Virus record (IMG/VR): IMGVR_UViG_3300042301_000822
Coordinates: 1-24,720 of that record
DNA: 24,720 bases
Origin: a virus
Taxonomy: Duplodnaviria; Caudoviricetes
Strand: one strand, 5' to 3'
Made by a program: the position numbers and the translations under genes. Shown here piece by piece: positions 15,413 to 24,720 of the stretch. Under the pieces are notes generated by a model that saw nothing but the letters and a program-made list of their open reading frames with translations, ran no database searches and was not told where the DNA came from. The stretch's first letter is position 1; every line of letters starts with the position of its first letter.

Positions 15413-18400
15413 CACAACTCCTCCTCCAGCGACACCAGAAGATACTGGTTTTATTTCTTCACTTGCAAATGCTGTTCGTGAGTCTGACGGAAACGTACTA
15501 AAGGCATACACTGGTGTTTGGAAAGTTGCTGGTAGTCAGGTCCTAAAGAACCTAGAGTATCTAACTGTTCCATATCGTGAGATTGTTTCACGTCCATTGT
15601 CAACTGCATTCCTTGCTTCCAACGCTGACTACCGTGATGACATTGACGGTGGCTTCTTTGACGTTAACACATGGAAGACCGCATACAACACATCACGCCA
15701 GGTTTCTCCTGGACAGTCCATCGTTGGATTTGTTGGTGGCTCATTAGTTGCTGGAGACCAAGGCACAGATAAGATTGACTGGGCAGACTCAACTGAAGTA
15801 AAAGATTACTTCTCACGTGGTCCACAGAAGTATATCTCGTTTGCTTCTGACTTTGCAACTTCGTTATTCCTTGACCCACTTGCAGTAGCAGGTCGTGGTG
15901 CCGCATTAGCACGGCGTTCAATCGTTACACGTCCTGTAACCAGCAAGACAATGCCAGTGCTGAGTAAAGAACTTGATGATGCCTTACTTGGTAAAGACAA
16001 TACCGCACGTCAAACTATTGATTACTTCAAGGCTAATGTAAATAACTTTAGCAGAATTTCTGCTCACCCAATGATTTCTGGTTCACAGATGGGTGAAAGT
16101 TCAGCAAAAGTTGCACAGCAAGCAGCACGTCTAGCCATTGAAACTGGTGACGATTCCTACCTAGTTAATTTTATGAAGGTTGGTATTGGTGACGAGCGTG
16201 CACGTGATGCACTTCGTGTGCAAAGCGAAAGCCTTGCTAACCTAGTTGACAACATTGAAGGTCGCAAATCCGAAGTTGATAAGTACCTTCGTGGTAAGAC
16301 CGTTGTTGAAGATGCTGACTCAACAGAGTTCATGTTACCTTACAGCGTTGAGATGGCTGCAGCGCAGCGTGCTCCTAAGTACGTAGAACAAGCACAACTA
16401 CAAGAGCAACTAGACAAGGCAACAAGGCAGTCAAACTTCCTAACTCGTTTAGTTAACTCAGACGAATCCGTGCAAGGTATCTTTAAAGATGTAACCTGGT
16501 CGCCTTATGCAGTTGTTGAAGCACAGAAAATTAAGAACTCTATTAAGTTTGATGAGTCTTTCTGGGGTGTGGTTGAGGACGGAACTGGTGTTCGTGTCCT
16601 TCGTTGGTTCAATCCATCACAGCCACTACGTGAACGACCAGCAGGTGTTGCTCGTATTGGTGCAGTAGTTGGTGACCGCTCATCTTTAGAGGCTCGTGCT
16701 CGTGTACGTCAGACTGGTAAACTTGGTGGCTTGTCCGCTCAGGCGCAACGTACAATTTTCAACACGTTTCCTGCAGACGGAAACAAAGCCCAACGCTTTC
16801 AGTGGTTTAATAAACTACAAGAAACAACTGTTGCCGCTATGGTTAAGAAGCACGTAGCAACTCCTGACATGTCAGACGATGAAATTAATTTACTTGAAGA
16901 ACTTGCCATAACTATGGCTCGTCAGTCAAACAACTACAAGCGTCAAACAATGTCTCGTATCATTGATGACCCTAACTACACCATTGCTGATGAGTATGGC
17001 AATAGAGTAACTGTTGAGTTAATCAAAGATTATGTGGATGAAATTGCAAAAGAGATTTCTGCTAACGCCAACAAAACAAAAGTTGACGAGGCTGATGTAA
17101 TTAATGCACGCAAGGTAGCCAAAGACTTGCTATCTGATGTGCCTACAACCACATCTCAGGTTCCAACACTGCACGTTGGCATGGATATGGAAATCTTTAA
17201 CGATGTTCTTCGTGAGAACTCCAATGTATTCAAACTATTACTTGATGATATTAGACTTAATCCAGAAGATTACGCTGGTAAGTCTCCATCAAAAGTCGTT
17301 GATGAGATTCTTGAAAGAAAAATTGGTCAACTTACTGCAAGTGAAGAACTTCCGCAGCGCATAAGAGACCGTGCCGTCAAAACAAGAGACAGTGCAGAGT
17401 ACCTTACCGAAAGTTTGTACACTTTAATCTGGAAACCTACGACTCTTATGAGTTTTAAGTACACTTCACGTAACGTTACTGAAGGTTGGCAGCGAGTAAT
17501 TGCTGAAGCATTTGAATTTGCTAGAAGTTCTGACCTATCTGTTAGCGAAGTCCTTAGCGGAACCTACGAAAAGGGTATAAGAACCCGTGCCATTGCACGA
17601 AGAAACAATAAGGCTAACGCTAAAGCAGCAAACATAGTATTTAACGAAGAATACCCAAGATTAAATCAAGATGCTAAAAGATTGTACAGAGATATTGATG
17701 AAGCCTTCAGAGGTTCATCAGATAGTCTGTCTGGCAACCTACTACAGGCTCTAGATAACTCACGTGCTGTCACCGAAAGGTACGGACAGGTAAATACACT
17801 ACCTAATAGTGCGTTTGAAAAAGCATTGCGCCAGTTAAAGTTCCTTCCAAACCGTATCGTTGACGATATCGGTATTGAAGACCCTGCATCTCTAGAACTT
17901 TACGACTCATTGTCAAGTGGTGACATCACTAACGCTAGAAACATCATCATATCTGCAGATGAAACCGTAGTGTTTGACACCTTGCGTGTATTCCAACAGC
18001 GAGTTCGTGAACAGTATGATGCACTTGAAGATATTAGAATTGCTGATGATTACCAGTCAATACCTCCTAAACTACGTGAATACATTGAGTCAACGCTTGA
18101 TTCATTCCGTGGTATGGATGATTCAATCCAGAACCTATCTCAGATTGCACTAACACGTGCAGGTTTACGTGGACGCATTGATGAGTTAATAGCCAACAAG
18201 ACTATTAATCCAAAGGTTGTTGCTGCAGGTACTGAACAGTATGAAGTTATTCCTGGTGTATTTATTGATGGGTTCCGTGCTGGTCCTATTGGTCAGATTA
18301 TGTCCAAGGAAGCCAGTGCATCACAGAGTAGTATGCGCACTATCTTTGACTCACAGCGTGTAAGTGATTCAAGATGGATTAATGGTAGAGTGCGTGAGCG

Positions 18401-20807
18401 CAAGATTACTCCAAGCGAACCAATCTGGGCAGAAGCGGCGGCTGACTTTGCTAATCACCACATGAACGACTTCGTTGCACAGAAGTTTATTAAAGATGTT
18501 GGCGTTGATGAAGTAGTATCTTGGGCTAAAAGCAAGGACCCTTCAGCAGTTAAATGGCGTGAGACCAAGCAGTATGACCTAAGAAAGTACCGTGCTGCTG
18601 GTGTAAATGACCCAATCAGAAGAATGGTAACTGAAATTCAACTAATCGTTGATAACGTAATGCCCAAGGTAGGCATTGATGGCAACATAGTTGATGGTGT
18701 TGTAGACGAGGCTGGTAACATTACTCCTGGATTACGTGCTAAAGCACTAAAGGGAGAACTTACAGCAGAAGATATGCTTAAGATTCCAGAGTCACAACGT
18801 GCAACTGTTGTTGGAGATACACTAGCAGACCGTGATTCAGGTTCATTCCGCACCGCATGGGGTGGAGTTGTCAACAAGATATTTGATGTAATTGGTACAA
18901 GACCTGAAGATACTTTAGTTCGTCATCCTTACTACAGCATGATGTACAAGGCTGAAGGCAAACGCCGTGCCAAACTATTGCAGAGTCAAGGTTATACACC
19001 TGAGCAGATTCAGAATATGTCTGGAGAAATACAAACACAGTCACATCGCTTTGCCTACAAGATGTTAATGGAACGCCTATACAGCGTTGAGCGATACACA
19101 GACCCTGGTCAAGTACTGCGTTTCATATCACCATTCTATATGGCTAAGCAGAACTCTAACCGTTACTGGTTTGGATATACACTTCGTAACCCATCTGCCG
19201 CAGCACGTTACTTTATGATTTACCAATCACCTGCTAGAGTATTTAGCGTTGAAGATGAAAACGGTAGAGAAGTAAAGACTGTTAATCCTTTTGATGCGCA
19301 AGATGTCACTGTAAAGGTAACTATACCTACTGCTGTTGCAAGGTTCTTTGGTAAGGATATTCCAGAAGGCGTATCTCTTAATACACCAATCTCGTCCTTT
19401 GACTTGATTAACAATGGATACATCCCGTTTGTTCCTGAAGCAGGTGGACCACTTGTTGATGTTGGTGCTGCAACTGTCCTTAACTCTCTAAGCGGTAAAG
19501 ACTATGACCCAGAACTATTCTTAACAAAGATGGGTGTAGACCCAGAGTTCTTGCGCAAGAAGTTGTTCCCTTACTACAAGTCACAGCAGGACATGAGCAC
19601 CAGTGAAGTATTGCTAAGTATTGCAATCTCACCTAACTCTTGGATGCGTAGCCTTGCTGCCAGTGAAATTCCAGTTATCAGTGATGTGATAGGCGCTATT
19701 GACCCTATGGCAACTGAGCGTTACAACCGCAGAGTAATCGTTGCCTACAACGATATCTTCGCTAAGTGGGATTCAGAGCGTGACCCATACAATCCTGAGC
19801 CATTAACTGATGAGAAGCGTGCAGAGATGTTGGCACAGGCTATGGGTGCTGCTACTCAGATGAACTTTGCTGAGGCTATGTTCTCTGCATTTGGCTACGT
19901 TGCTGCTCCTAAGTTCTCCACACAACAGGAAGAACTACGCAAAGACCTACGCATTATGAAGCAGGATGCAGTTAACAATGGTCTAAGTGAAGACCATGGC
20001 TTACTTGAGTTCATTAGCCAGTATGGTTTTGAACGTGCATCTATTGCTCAGTTCACACCACGTGAACAGAATCCTTTTGGATTCCTGTCTACACCACAGA
20101 CTCTCAACAACTTAAACAAATACTCTGAAGCATTTGCCAATGCTTATGGAGAAGTTGGAGATACTAAGGTTGCTGGTGCGATGCTTAACGCTGGTGACCC
20201 TGTTAAAGACTACAGCGCAGTTGCCAACTCTAAACTATACTCATCAAAGGTTAGTGGTATTGGTGCAGTTAAGGCTAAACTAACTGACCCTGATGAGGCT
20301 AAGCGTGAAGTTGAAGTTAATCAAGGATTCAAGGCACAGTTTGCTGCTAAGGATTACTTTGATGCTCAGGTTGCTGCTGGTGAAATAACCGAGAAGCAAG
20401 CCAAGGAAAACTACAAGCAAGCAAAGATTGCCATTGGTAAAAGATATCCAGCATGGCTTGCTGACAGTGGAACCATGAACACACAGAAGGCTAACAACAA
20501 TGTCAAGGCTATCTTTAGGTTCCTTGGTAATGAGAAGTATGTTAATGGTGTAGTCAAGAACAGTGACCTACATCAGGCTGTTTACTACTACATGAGCCTA
20601 CGTAAAGACTTAGTTAATGCTCGTTTAGAGATTGACTCAAACCCAAATGCTGACATTGATTCAGCAAAGTTTGAGGGAATTAAGGCTGAGCAAAAACGTG
20701 TTGCAGAAGACCTAACTAACCAAGTACCAGAGTTTGGGAACTTCTTTAAATACTACTTGGAAAACGACCCCCTATCCTATGACTCTGAGATTGTGAGTAT
20801 TGACTAA
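15405..20807 (+). CDS. Very large (about 1800 aa) probable internal virion / DNA-ejection protein
   Basis: Uninterrupted ORF in the head module, mostly helical; start reassigned to ATG 15405 after GAGGA. No catalytic motif recognised; function inferred from size and position. Confidence 0.6.
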   Translation: MSNTTPPPATPEDTGFISSLANAVRESDGNVLKAYTGVWKVAGSQVLKNLEYLTVPYREIVSRPLSTAFLASNADYRDDIDGGFFDVNTWKTAYNTSRQVSPGQSIVGFVGGSLVAGDQGTDKIDWADSTEVKDYFSRGPQKYISFASDFATSLFLDPLAVAGRGAALARRSIVTRPVTSKTMPVLSKELDDALLGKDNTARQTIDYFKANVNNFSRISAHPMISGSQMGESSAKVAQQAARLAIETGDDSYLVNFMKVGIGDERARDALRVQSESLANLVDNIEGRKSEVDKYLRGKTVVEDADSTEFMLPYSVEMAAAQRAPKYVEQAQLQEQLDKATRQSNFLTRLVNSDESVQGIFKDVTWSPYAVVEAQKIKNSIKFDESFWGVVEDGTGVRVLRWFNPSQPLRERPAGVARIGAVVGDRSSLEARARVRQTGKLGGLSAQAQRTIFNTFPADGNKAQRFQWFNKLQETTVAAMVKKHVATPDMSDDEINLLEELAITMARQSNNYKRQTMSRIIDDPNYTIADEYGNRVTVELIKDYVDEIAKEISANANKTKVDEADVINARKVAKDLLSDVPTTTSQVPTLHVGMDMEIFNDVLRENSNVFKLLLDDIRLNPEDYAGKSPSKVVDEILERKIGQLTASEELPQRIRDRAVKTRDSAEYLTESLYTLIWKPTTLMSFKYTSRNVTEGWQRVIAEAFEFARSSDLSVSEVLSGTYEKGIRTRAIARRNNKANAKAANIVFNEEYPRLNQDAKRLYRDIDEAFRGSSDSLSGNLLQALDNSRAVTERYGQVNTLPNSAFEKALRQLKFLPNRIVDDIGIEDPASLELYDSLSSGDITNARNIIISADETVVFDTLRVFQQRVREQYDALEDIRIADDYQSIPPKLREYIESTLDSFRGMDDSIQNLSQIALTRAGLRGRIDELIANKTINPKVVAAGTEQYEVIPGVFIDGFRAGPIGQIMSKEASASQSSMRTIFDSQRVSDSRWINGRVRERKITPSEPIWAEAAADFANHHMNDFVAQKFIKDVGVDEVVSWAKSKDPSAVKWRETKQYDLRKYRAAGVNDPIRRMVTEIQLIVDNVMPKVGIDGNIVDGVVDEAGNITPGLRAKALKGELTAEDMLKIPESQRATVVGDTLADRDSGSFRTAWGGVVNKIFDVIGTRPEDTLVRHPYYSMMYKAEGKRRAKLLQSQGYTPEQIQNMSGEIQTQSHRFAYKMLMERLYSVERYTDPGQVLRFISPFYMAKQNSNRYWFGYTLRNPSAAARYFMIYQSPARVFSVEDENGREVKTVNPFDAQDVTVKVTIPTAVARFFGKDIPEGVSLNTPISSFDLINNGYIPFVPEAGGPLVDVGAATVLNSLSGKDYDPELFLTKMGVDPEFLRKKLFPYYKSQQDMSTSEVLLSIAISPNSWMRSLAASEIPVISDVIGAIDPMATERYNRRVIVAYNDIFAKWDSERDPYNPEPLTDEKRAEMLAQAMGAATQMNFAEAMFSAFGYVAAPKFSTQQEELRKDLRIMKQDAVNNGLSEDHGLLEFISQYGFERASIAQFTPREQNPFGFLSTPQTLNNLNKYSEAFANAYGEVGDTKVAGAMLNAGDPVKDYSAVANSKLYSSKVSGIGAVKAKLTDPDEAKREVEVNQGFKAQFAAKDYFDAQVAAGEITEKQAKENYKQAKIAIGKRYPAWLADSGTMNTQKANNNVKAIFRFLGNEKYVNGVVKNSDLHQAVYYYMSLRKDLVNARLEIDSNPNADIDSAKFEGIKAEQKRVAEDLTNQVPEFGNFFKYYLENDPLSYDSEIVSID

Positions 20808-21976
20808 TGGCTAGAACGGATAATTCAGGTATTAAAAAACCAGAACCAATTAATTTACCTGGTATAACTGAAGGCTCTACTACTCCACTGCCTGGTGTTA
20901 CAGCAACAGCGACAGAGCAAGATGGTATCTTATGGCAGCCTGGTACGACCTTAACTGGTGGACCAGCAGCCAAGCGTGGCAAGACTGCAGACACCTACAA
21001 GTCCAAGGCATACGCTAAGTCAGCATTCAAGACTGGAACTCTACCGAAGTCTCAGATGGATGTAATCAACAGTGCCTACGCTAAGTACGGCAAGTCACTG
21101 GGATTCAAGAAGGCTTCGTCTTTCTGGACTGCCATTGTTGATGGTTCAGATAGTGCGACAAGTCCGTTCCAGATTCTTTCACAAATAAATTCTGAAGGTA
21201 TTGAAGGTGTTGAAGGAACTGGTAGTGGTAGCGGTGGAGGACCTACTACAAGTGTAAACATTCAGCAGTATGACAAAACATTATCTGACACACTAATTGA
21301 TTCAACATTACTTTCAACCTTTGGTCGTAAGGCTACTGATGCAGAGAAGACTAGATTCTTTAAAGAACTTAATGCTGCGTCTAAGGCTGGTACTGTAACT
21401 AAAACCACTCGTAAGGGTGGTAAGACAGTAACAACTACTGTTAAAAAGTTTGATGAAAAAGATTTCCTTGGCAAGTACGAAGGTACCGTTCTTGAGGGAA
21501 TGCTTGCTGGTCAAGAAAGTGTAGACCTAAGCGGAGAAGCAGGAAAGATTCAAGATACTCTTCGCCAGTATTCAAATGACATGGGTATCATTCGCAGTGA
21601 CCGTGACATCCTTTCAGATGTTCGCCGTGTTATTAAAGGTGAAGTAACTGCTGATGATGCAGCAATGGAAGTACGCAAGCAAGCAGCGTCACTATACAAG
21701 AACTTTGCAGACCGCATTAACACTGACTCAACTGTAACTGTTCGTGATTTGGTAAACCCATACATCAAGTTAATGGCTGATACATTTGAGCAGGACATGG
21801 AAAGCATCTCACTAACTAATCCAACAATTCAAAACATATTGGCTTCAGATAAGACACCATCATATGGTGACTTCTACAAGCAACTAAGAGGAATGTCAGA
21901 GTTCCGAAACACAACAACCGCACAAAAGGAAGCATCAACATTTGCTTCTGGTCTAGCCTCTGCGATGGGATTCTAA
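20807..21976 (+). CDS. Probable internal virion protein
   Basis: 389 aa, Thr/Gly-rich, TAATG-coupled to the large ORF. Confidence 0.55.
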   Translation: MARTDNSGIKKPEPINLPGITEGSTTPLPGVTATATEQDGILWQPGTTLTGGPAAKRGKTADTYKSKAYAKSAFKTGTLPKSQMDVINSAYAKYGKSLGFKKASSFWTAIVDGSDSATSPFQILSQINSEGIEGVEGTGSGSGGGPTTSVNIQQYDKTLSDTLIDSTLLSTFGRKATDAEKTRFFKELNAASKAGTVTKTTRKGGKTVTTTVKKFDEKDFLGKYEGTVLEGMLAGQESVDLSGEAGKIQDTLRQYSNDMGIIRSDRDILSDVRRVIKGEVTADDAAMEVRKQAASLYKNFADRINTDSTVTVRDLVNPYIKLMADTFEQDMESISLTNPTIQNILASDKTPSYGDFYKQLRGMSEFRNTTTAQKEASTFASGLASAMGF

Positions 21977-22858
21977 ATGGCTTTCAAAGATGAAGAGGCG
22001 TTTGCCAAGATATTTGCACAACTAACTGGTTTAGATATTGCAAAGAACCAGTGGATTAATAATCTCTACTCAGTTGGTAAAAAGTATGTTGATACCAACA
22101 TGGTTTCTTGGGACGATTCAAATATCTACAACTTGATTCTTACTGACACAGAGTCCCCAGAACTTGCTGGTTTTCGTGATAGGTTCTCTACCTACCTACA
22201 GAAGCGTAACGAAGCCACGTCAAAGGGACTACCCGTTGGTGAAGCATTCCAGAATATCCGCAACTACATGGCACTGGAAGATTCTTACACTCAGGCTCTA
22301 AGGTCAAAGCCAGGATTCGGAAACTTAGCAACTTCAGAGAATGTTAAAAGATTTATTGGTGGTGACACATCCGTTCAGGAAGTAACCTCAAGAATAGATA
22401 ACGCTTACTTTGCAATTAACAATGCTGACGAAGCATTGAAGGAACAGATTAGAGAACAGTTCCCAAGCGTTGATGATGCCTCGTTAGCCCAGGCTTTAGT
22501 TACTGGTCAGACAGATTCTATTCAACAGCAGATTAAGATTGGTGCTGCTGGCATTGCAGCATCTGCCAAACTTGCTGGTGTTAGGGCAGAGTCCAACCTT
22601 GAGGACCTTGCCAAGCAAGGTGTTACTCGTGAGAGTGCACTTAAGGGATTCCAGCAAGTTGCTCGTGAACGTAGTGGCATCCAACAGGCTGCTCGCACCT
22701 TTGGTGGAACAGCACCTACGCAAAGAGAACTTGAAGCCGAAGCATTAACTGGTGCGGAATCAGCATCAGCCAAACGACTTCGCTCACAGGCTCGTGCACA
22801 GTTCGGTGGTACTTCTGGTATCACGACTGGTTCACTAAGTCGCAAACGACAAGCATAA
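21977..22858 (+). CDS. Probable internal virion protein
   Basis: 293 aa with an Ala/Gln-rich C-terminus ending RAQFGGTSG...SL. Confidence 0.55.
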   Translation: MAFKDEEAFAKIFAQLTGLDIAKNQWINNLYSVGKKYVDTNMVSWDDSNIYNLILTDTESPELAGFRDRFSTYLQKRNEATSKGLPVGEAFQNIRNYMALEDSYTQALRSKPGFGNLATSENVKRFIGGDTSVQEVTSRIDNAYFAINNADEALKEQIREQFPSVDDASLAQALVTGQTDSIQQQIKIGAAGIAASAKLAGVRAESNLEDLAKQGVTRESALKGFQQVARERSGIQQAARTFGGTAPTQRELEAEALTGAESASAKRLRSQARAQFGGTSGITTGSLSRKRQA

Positions 22859-22862
22859 AACT

Positions 22863-22979
22863 CTCAGTGGATTAACCGCCCCCACTGAGTAAAAGAGCGG
22901 TAGTACATACCAACCTACATACCCCTGTGTAGGAGTGAGACATGTACGAACAACAACTAATGTAAGGGAGATAGTTGCG
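22863..22979 (+). promoter_or_regulatory. Structured leader (H-type pseudoknot + hairpins) of the scaffold gene
   Basis: CTCAGTGG/CCACTGAG stem; loop ACCGC pairs with GCGGT 22897-22901; GTACAT/ATGTAC, CCTACA/TGTAGG and CAACTA/TAGTTG stems. Confidence 0.55.
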
Positions 22980-23471
22980 ATGAGCAACAATAATCAAGAC
23001 TGGGACGATGACTTAGAGTTTGAGGACTATGACGATGCACCATCACGTGGTTCATCTGATGATGTACTCAAGAAAGTCCGCCGTGCCGAACGTGCGAAAG
23101 ACAAACAACTCAAAGAGTTGCAAGCCGAATTGGATTCATTGCGCAAATTCCAACGGGAAGCAACAATCAGCCAAGTCTTGGCGGAGAAAGGTGTCAACCC
23201 AAAGGTTGCCAAATTCATTCCAGCAGATATTGAAATGTCCTCGGACAGCATCAGTAACTGGCTGACTGATAACGGTGAACTATTTGGTGTTGCTGCACCT
23301 GTACAACAATCAGCAGAACAAAGTGAAAACTACGCTGCTTTGCGTCAAATAGATGCAGTAACATCTGGGGCTATTTCTCCAGATGATGTTAATGATGCAT
23401 TCAACATCATGAATAACGCTGGCTCTGCAGAGGAATTACTTAACTTCCTTTACAGCCAAGGCGTTGAATAA
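22980..23471 (+). CDS. Capsid scaffolding protein
   Basis: Acidic N-terminus, coiled coil, directly upstream of the capsid gene; start reassigned to ATG 22980 after AAGGGAG. Confidence 0.8.
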   Translation: MSNNNQDWDDDLEFEDYDDAPSRGSSDDVLKKVRRAERAKDKQLKELQAELDSLRKFQREATISQVLAEKGVNPKVAKFIPADIEMSSDSISNWLTDNGELFGVAAPVQQSAEQSENYAALRQIDAVTSGAISPDDVNDAFNIMNNAGSAEELLNFLYSQGVE

Positions 23472-23505
23472 TCGCAAATCAATCTAACCCCTAAGGAAAT
23501 ATATT

Positions 23506-24516
23506 ATGCCGAATACAGGCTTATCAGGTGGTAGTGCTGGTACTAACGGTGGTCTTGGTGGTGGCGCTTACGCTTCCGCTAACAACGTTGGTGCTTTCAC
23601 CCCGTCAAACGCCGCAGGTCTAGTTCAGAAGGCTTACGACCGCCTTGTTGAATTTGAACTGCGTGCAACCCCACTCATCCGCTCAGTAGCGGACAAGAAG
23701 CCAGCACGTCAGGCAATGCCTGGTTCAAGTGTTGCGCTACAAATCTACAACGACCTTGCTGTTGCTAAGACTGCTTTGTCAGAAGATGTAGACCCAGCAG
23801 CAGTTGCACTTGCTACTCCAGACATCGTAACCGTAACTCTAAACGAGTACGGTAACGCAACTGTAGTAACTCGCAAGTTGCAGTTGATGTCTCTTGCAGA
23901 CGTTGACCCAGCAGTTGCTAACATCCTTGCATTCAACATGGCTGATTCCATTGATGAACTAGCACAGGATGCACTTCTAACAGGTACCAACGTACTATAC
24001 GCAACTGGTGGAACAACAACCGCAACAACAACTTCAGGTATCACCTCAGATGACACAATCTCTGCTGCTGACATCCGCAAGGCTGTTGCTAAGTTGCGCA
24101 GCAACAAGGCTAACGGACGTAAGGGTTCACTTTACTGGTGTGGTATTCACCCAGAAGTATCCCATGACCTTCGTGCCGAAACTGGTGCTGCTTCATGGCG
24201 TAACCCACACGAGTACCAGAGCAATGATGCAATCTGGGCTGGCGAAATTGGTCAGTTTGAAGGTGCATACTTCATTGAATCACCTCGTCTACGCAAGGCT
24301 AATGATGGCGATAGCAGCATTCCTGTTTACCGCACATTCCTAGCAGGACAGCAAGCACTTGCTGAGGCTGTTGCCGAAGAACCACACGTGGTTATTGGTC
24401 CAGTCGTTGACAAGTTGATGCGTCAGCGTCCAATCGGTTGGTACGGTGTTCTAGGACACGCAGTATACCGCAATGAGGCACTGTTCCGCATTGAGTCTGC
24501 TTCAAGCATTGCTTAA
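23506..24516 (+). CDS. Major capsid protein (N4-gp56-like family)
   Basis: VTLNEYGN, IHPEV.HDLR, GEIGQFEG..FIE and GWYG motifs; 336 aa following scaffold. Confidence 0.9.
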   Translation: MPNTGLSGGSAGTNGGLGGGAYASANNVGAFTPSNAAGLVQKAYDRLVEFELRATPLIRSVADKKPARQAMPGSSVALQIYNDLAVAKTALSEDVDPAAVALATPDIVTVTLNEYGNATVVTRKLQLMSLADVDPAVANILAFNMADSIDELAQDALLTGTNVLYATGGTTTATTTSGITSDDTISAADIRKAVAKLRSNKANGRKGSLYWCGIHPEVSHDLRAETGAASWRNPHEYQSNDAIWAGEIGQFEGAYFIESPRLRKANDGDSSIPVYRTFLAGQQALAEAVAEEPHVVIGPVVDKLMRQRPIGWYGVLGHAVYRNEALFRIESASSIA

Positions 24517-24527
24517 TTAGCGACACT

Positions 24528-24569
24528 AATCTCATCCCTAAGTCATATAACGGGCTTAGGGGTGGGGTT
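24528..24569 (+). terminator. Long hairpin after the capsid gene (terminator/attenuator or 3' stabiliser)
   Basis: AATCTCATCCCTAAGTC / GGCTTAGGGGTGGGGTT, 17 bp with four G-U pairs that form only on the + transcript; weak U tract. Confidence 0.6.
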
Positions 24570-24596
24570 ATGTTTCTAACATAGAAGGAAAACATA

Positions 24597-24720
24597 ATGG
24601 CTTATCTATTCGTACCACCTACAGTGGACCAGGGACCAGCAGGTGGTGGCTGGTTGTTCTGGCGGTACACACTAAAGCGTGGGATTACCGTCTACAAGAT
24701 TGGTAACGATTGGTACGAAG
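24597..24720 (+). CDS. Hypothetical structural-region protein, 5' part
   Basis: GAAGGA RBS; MAYLFVPPTVDQGPAGGGWLFWRYTLKRGITVYKIGNDWYE, open to the window end. Confidence 0.7.
   Translation, partial: MAYLFVPPTVDQGPAGGGWLFWRYTLKRGITVYKIGNDWYE

Noticed and set aside
19040-19090. RFAYKMLMERLYS in the 1800-aa protein resembling T7/N4 RNA polymerase motif B, suggesting a virion RNAP
   Set aside because: Spacing is off by one (consensus Rx3Kx7YG), there is no Gly, and I found no DxxGR, motif A or motif C.
10586-24595. Minus-strand and alternative-frame ORFs in the structural arm
   Set aside because: Nested in or overlapping long conserved plus-strand genes; no RBS or recognisable motifs.
1-24720. 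Stop-codon reassignment as an explanation for the split exonuclease
   Set aside because: Long genes are intact in code 11, TAG ends several normal genes, and reading through TAG 5096 gives non-homologous sequence.

Overview
About 24.7 kb of a tailed dsDNA phage genome (GC in the mid-40s by eye), almost certainly infecting an actinobacterium: it encodes WhiB and a replication module resembling that of cluster-A mycobacteriophages. There are two divergent arms. The minus-strand arm (1-9810) starts with about 20 tiny, tightly coupled early ORFs, then whiB, a Cas4/RecB-like PD-(D/E)XK exonuclease split in two by an intervening gene, a Zn-ribbon protein, a RecA/DnaB-type ATPase, a second PD-(D/E)XK protein, a Holliday junction resolvase, a two-gene primase (CHC2 + TOPRIM), a DUF1599-like protein and a metallophosphoesterase cut by the window edge. 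The plus-strand arm (10590-24720) encodes a terminase with an extra N-terminal segment, portal, a proteasome-beta/HslV-like Thr protease, probable internal virion proteins (one of about 1800 aa), scaffold and major capsid protein. The 780-bp divergent spacer is the most striking part. It holds four clustered DnaA boxes next to an AT-rich tract, repeated fixed-spacing modules of TTGACA + CGACACGCCG (WhiA-like GACAC) + GTTAY-N6-GTTAY (MtrA/GlnR-like), and an array of GC hairpins, suggesting a phage control region wired to host cell-cycle regulators. Several structured intergenic RNAs and apparent window-wide avoidance of six 4-bp palindromes are also visible. All product calls come from motif recognition, not from database searches.
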